Assembly: GCA_965228735.1 (NCBI GenBank)
Contig: OZ245838.1
Span: 544,001-608,000 of the forward strand
Direction: 5' to 3'
DNA length: 64,000 bases
Source: Planctomycetota bacterium
Lineage (GTDB): Bacteria; Planctomycetota; UBA1135; UBA2386
The translations under genes and the position numbers were made by a program. The notes below the pieces were generated by a model that was not told where the DNA came from, did not search any database, and was given only the letters and a program-made list of their open reading frames with translations. Position 1 is the stretch's first letter, and each line of letters starts with the position of its first letter. Below are positions 62,099 through 64,000 of this stretch, one piece after another.

Positions 62099-62205
62099 CG
62101 TGCGTCGCCTCAGAGGAGGTTCTCGCTTGGGCTCTGTTTCCGCGTTCGGCCCTCCGGTCGCGTTCGAGACTTCCCCTGGGGCGCCGATGTCGGTTGCTTG
62201 TCGGG

Positions 62206-63342
62206 CTATGATCCCCCGCCGCACTGCCGGATCAGTCTCTTGAGCACTCGTTCGACTGCGGCGCTCTCAGCCGCAAGTTGGGATCTCACGATGGCCTCTG
62301 GATGCGCCGGAGTGACGATGTCGCCGCCGTCTCGTCCGCCGTTGTGCATGTTCACCTGAAACGATGACTGGCCCGGTTGCGCTTCGCCAATCACTCGGGA
62401 TCCCATTCCCGACAGGCAGAACTGAATACGCCCACCGTTGCACCGTCGATCGGAGTCCACGTGGCCGAGCACTGCACCTACGAATGCGAGCAGCCTGCTT
62501 GTTGCTCTGTGGAGGTCGCTCGGCGAGAGGAAGAACATGGGAGTCATCATCCCGTCGTGATTGTGCGAGTGGCCTTGGACGATTCCGACGCAGATAGCAA
62601 TGGAGAGGTCCGTTCCGATCCAGCCACGGAGCATGGGGGGCTCCTGGTCGCGGTTTTGGAGCGCAATTCCGTCCGGCTCGGTCGAATGGGTCGGGCGCGC
62701 GTCGAGGAGTCTGGTTGGGCCGGCGACAAGAAGGTCGCCAGCCACATCGGGGAGGTGATCGAAGACGACGTCTTCGTTGAGCATGAGCGGCTGGCTCGGG
62801 GTCCACGAGATCGCGAGCCGAGGTGGATCGCTTCCGAGGTAGTTTGAGTTGGTCGATGGGACGACCTTGGACAAGTTGCTGCTAACTCGGCGGTCAATGT
62901 CTCCGACCGGTGGGGCGGAGCTCCATTGCAACAGGCTTCGGACAAGCTCCTTCTGCAGCTCAATGGAAGACGAGCACAGCTTGTAGGAGAGTCCGCCTTG
63001 CCACGCGCCAACCTCGGCGATGAATGCAGACTGATCCGATTCGGGGTCGGCGCTTGTCCTGAAGACCAGGATGTCCTTGTTGTGCCGCTTGGCTTCGGCG
63101 AACTCCTCCGCCGTGGCGGATCGCCCGCTGTCTAGTTTCGCCCCGTATCGTTGGCCGAGAAGGAGGATCATTGCATCGGCTTGCGCAACGCCGCGAAGGC
63201 AAGCTCCTCGAGGCGTTGCCCCGTCGGTTACAAAGTCCTCCGCGCGAATGAGGTCGACGCCAACGGACTCGCACGCCGCTACGGCAGCCGCGCGCATGTC
63301 CTCCATGCCACTCATGACGGAACTGATGAAAACGGACGTCAT
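62206..63342 (-). CDS. DUF4062-domain protein
   Basis: VFISSV..DMRAA, CLRGVAQAD..LLGQRYG, SATAEEF..A. Confidence 0.8.
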   Translation of the reverse strand: MTSVFISSVMSGMEDMRAAAVAACESVGVDLIRAEDFVTDGATPRGACLRGVAQADAMILLLGQRYGAKLDSGRSATAEEFAEAKRHNKDILVFRTSADPESDQSAFIAEVGAWQGGLSYKLCSSSIELQKELVRSLLQWSSAPPVGDIDRRVSSNLSKVVPSTNSNYLGSDPPRLAISWTPSQPLMLNEDVVFDHLPDVAGDLLVAGPTRLLDARPTHSTEPDGIALQNRDQEPPMLRGWIGTDLSIAICVGIVQGHSHNHDGMMTPMFFLSPSDLHRATSRLLAFVGAVLGHVDSDRRCNGGRIQFCLSGMGSRVIGEAQPGQSSFQVNMHNGGRDGGDIVTPAHPEAIVRSQLAAESAAVERVLKRLIRQCGGGS

Positions 63343-63956
63343 GCGAGGGGCTCCTCGTTGCCCAAGGCGGGGCCGTGCATCCAGTGTTCATCCAGAACTC
63401 GGTCGATCAGGTGGCCGGGCACGCATTTGTTCGGCCTCGTGTGAAGGGCTTCGGCGACATGCTGGAGCGCAATGCCCTGCAGCGCCAAGATGTCGTGGCA
63501 TCTCCTGTGCGATTCCCAGAGGGCTTTGGACATTCCTCCGAACCCCTCGTCAGGCCGCCTCTCTCTGAAGATGCACATGGCCTCCAGGTGGTCCGGACAC
63601 CTGATGGGAGGAAGGCTCTGGAGGTCGATGAGCTCGGCGGGGTTCGGAGGGGCTAGCTCTTCGCCGATGAGGCACTCTGCAGCGGGGCCGCTCATGTAGA
63701 GATCGAGGTGGGTGCCAAGATCGTCTTGAGGCGGTTCGTAGTGGCTCGCGCGTCCGTCGCCATTCGTCCGGGCGATGGCTGTGCGGATCATTACTCCGTG
63801 ATGCCTCATGACGACAAGGTGGCCGGCCTCGTGGTATGCCGCTCGCTTGAGTTCCGAGTCGATGATGGTGGTTCTCCGTTGATGTTGGCTGCCTTGCATG
63901 CTCCGGTGTGGCGGCGCTTTGCCAAGGCCTTGCGTGTCATGGTACCCTGGTCTCAT
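63339..63956 (-). CDS. HExxH metallopeptidase-like protein (M41/M50-like; start uncertain)
   Basis: AAYHEAGHLVV, MSGPAAE; ATGA overlap with the DUF4062 gene. Confidence 0.65.
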   Translation of the reverse strand: MRPGYHDTQGLGKAPPHRSMQGSQHQRRTTIIDSELKRAAYHEAGHLVVMRHHGVMIRTAIARTNGDGRASHYEPPQDDLGTHLDLYMSGPAAECLIGEELAPPNPAELIDLQSLPPIRCPDHLEAMCIFRERRPDEGFGGMSKALWESHRRCHDILALQGIALQHVAEALHTRPNKCVPGHLIDRVLDEHWMHGPALGNEEPLA

Positions 63957-64000
63957 GGAGCTCCACAGGGGCTCCTCGTCGTCAGAACTCGAAACACGGT

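Overview
High-GC bacterial DNA, probably Planctomycetota (inferred from the integrase type and secreted-protein C-termini). It comprises two adjoining mobile regions separated by the 3' half of a tRNA-Gly(CCC) gene at 20830-20876 (an att site). The left region (1-20.8 kb) is an integrative element with a Zn-finger/Toprim/RepA-like primase-helicase, an iteron/DnaA-box origin, a SprT-like / degenerate ComM-like / RadC / serine-recombinase operon, candidate defence genes (HEPN, DUF2971-like) interrupted by a complete IS3-family element, and a tyrosine integrase. The right region (21-62 kb) is a large heavy-metal resistance island: three HME-RND systems, two P1B ATPases, a CDF-like transporter, a multicopper oxidase, YHS/TRASH proteins, ArsR, a sigma54 two-component system and a CorE-like ECF sigma factor. 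The main finding is two exported heavy-metal-associated (HMA) proteins that the ORF track splits at in-frame UGA codons. All three UGAs replace the first Cys of the CxxC metal-binding motif (T-U-G-G-C) and are followed by SECIS-like hairpins, indicating selenocysteine metallochaperones, one with two Sec residues (39199-39822) and one a lipoprotein (60249-60551). Three island genes (trx, a tolC, cusA) carry frameshifts. All family assignments are by eye, without database searches.
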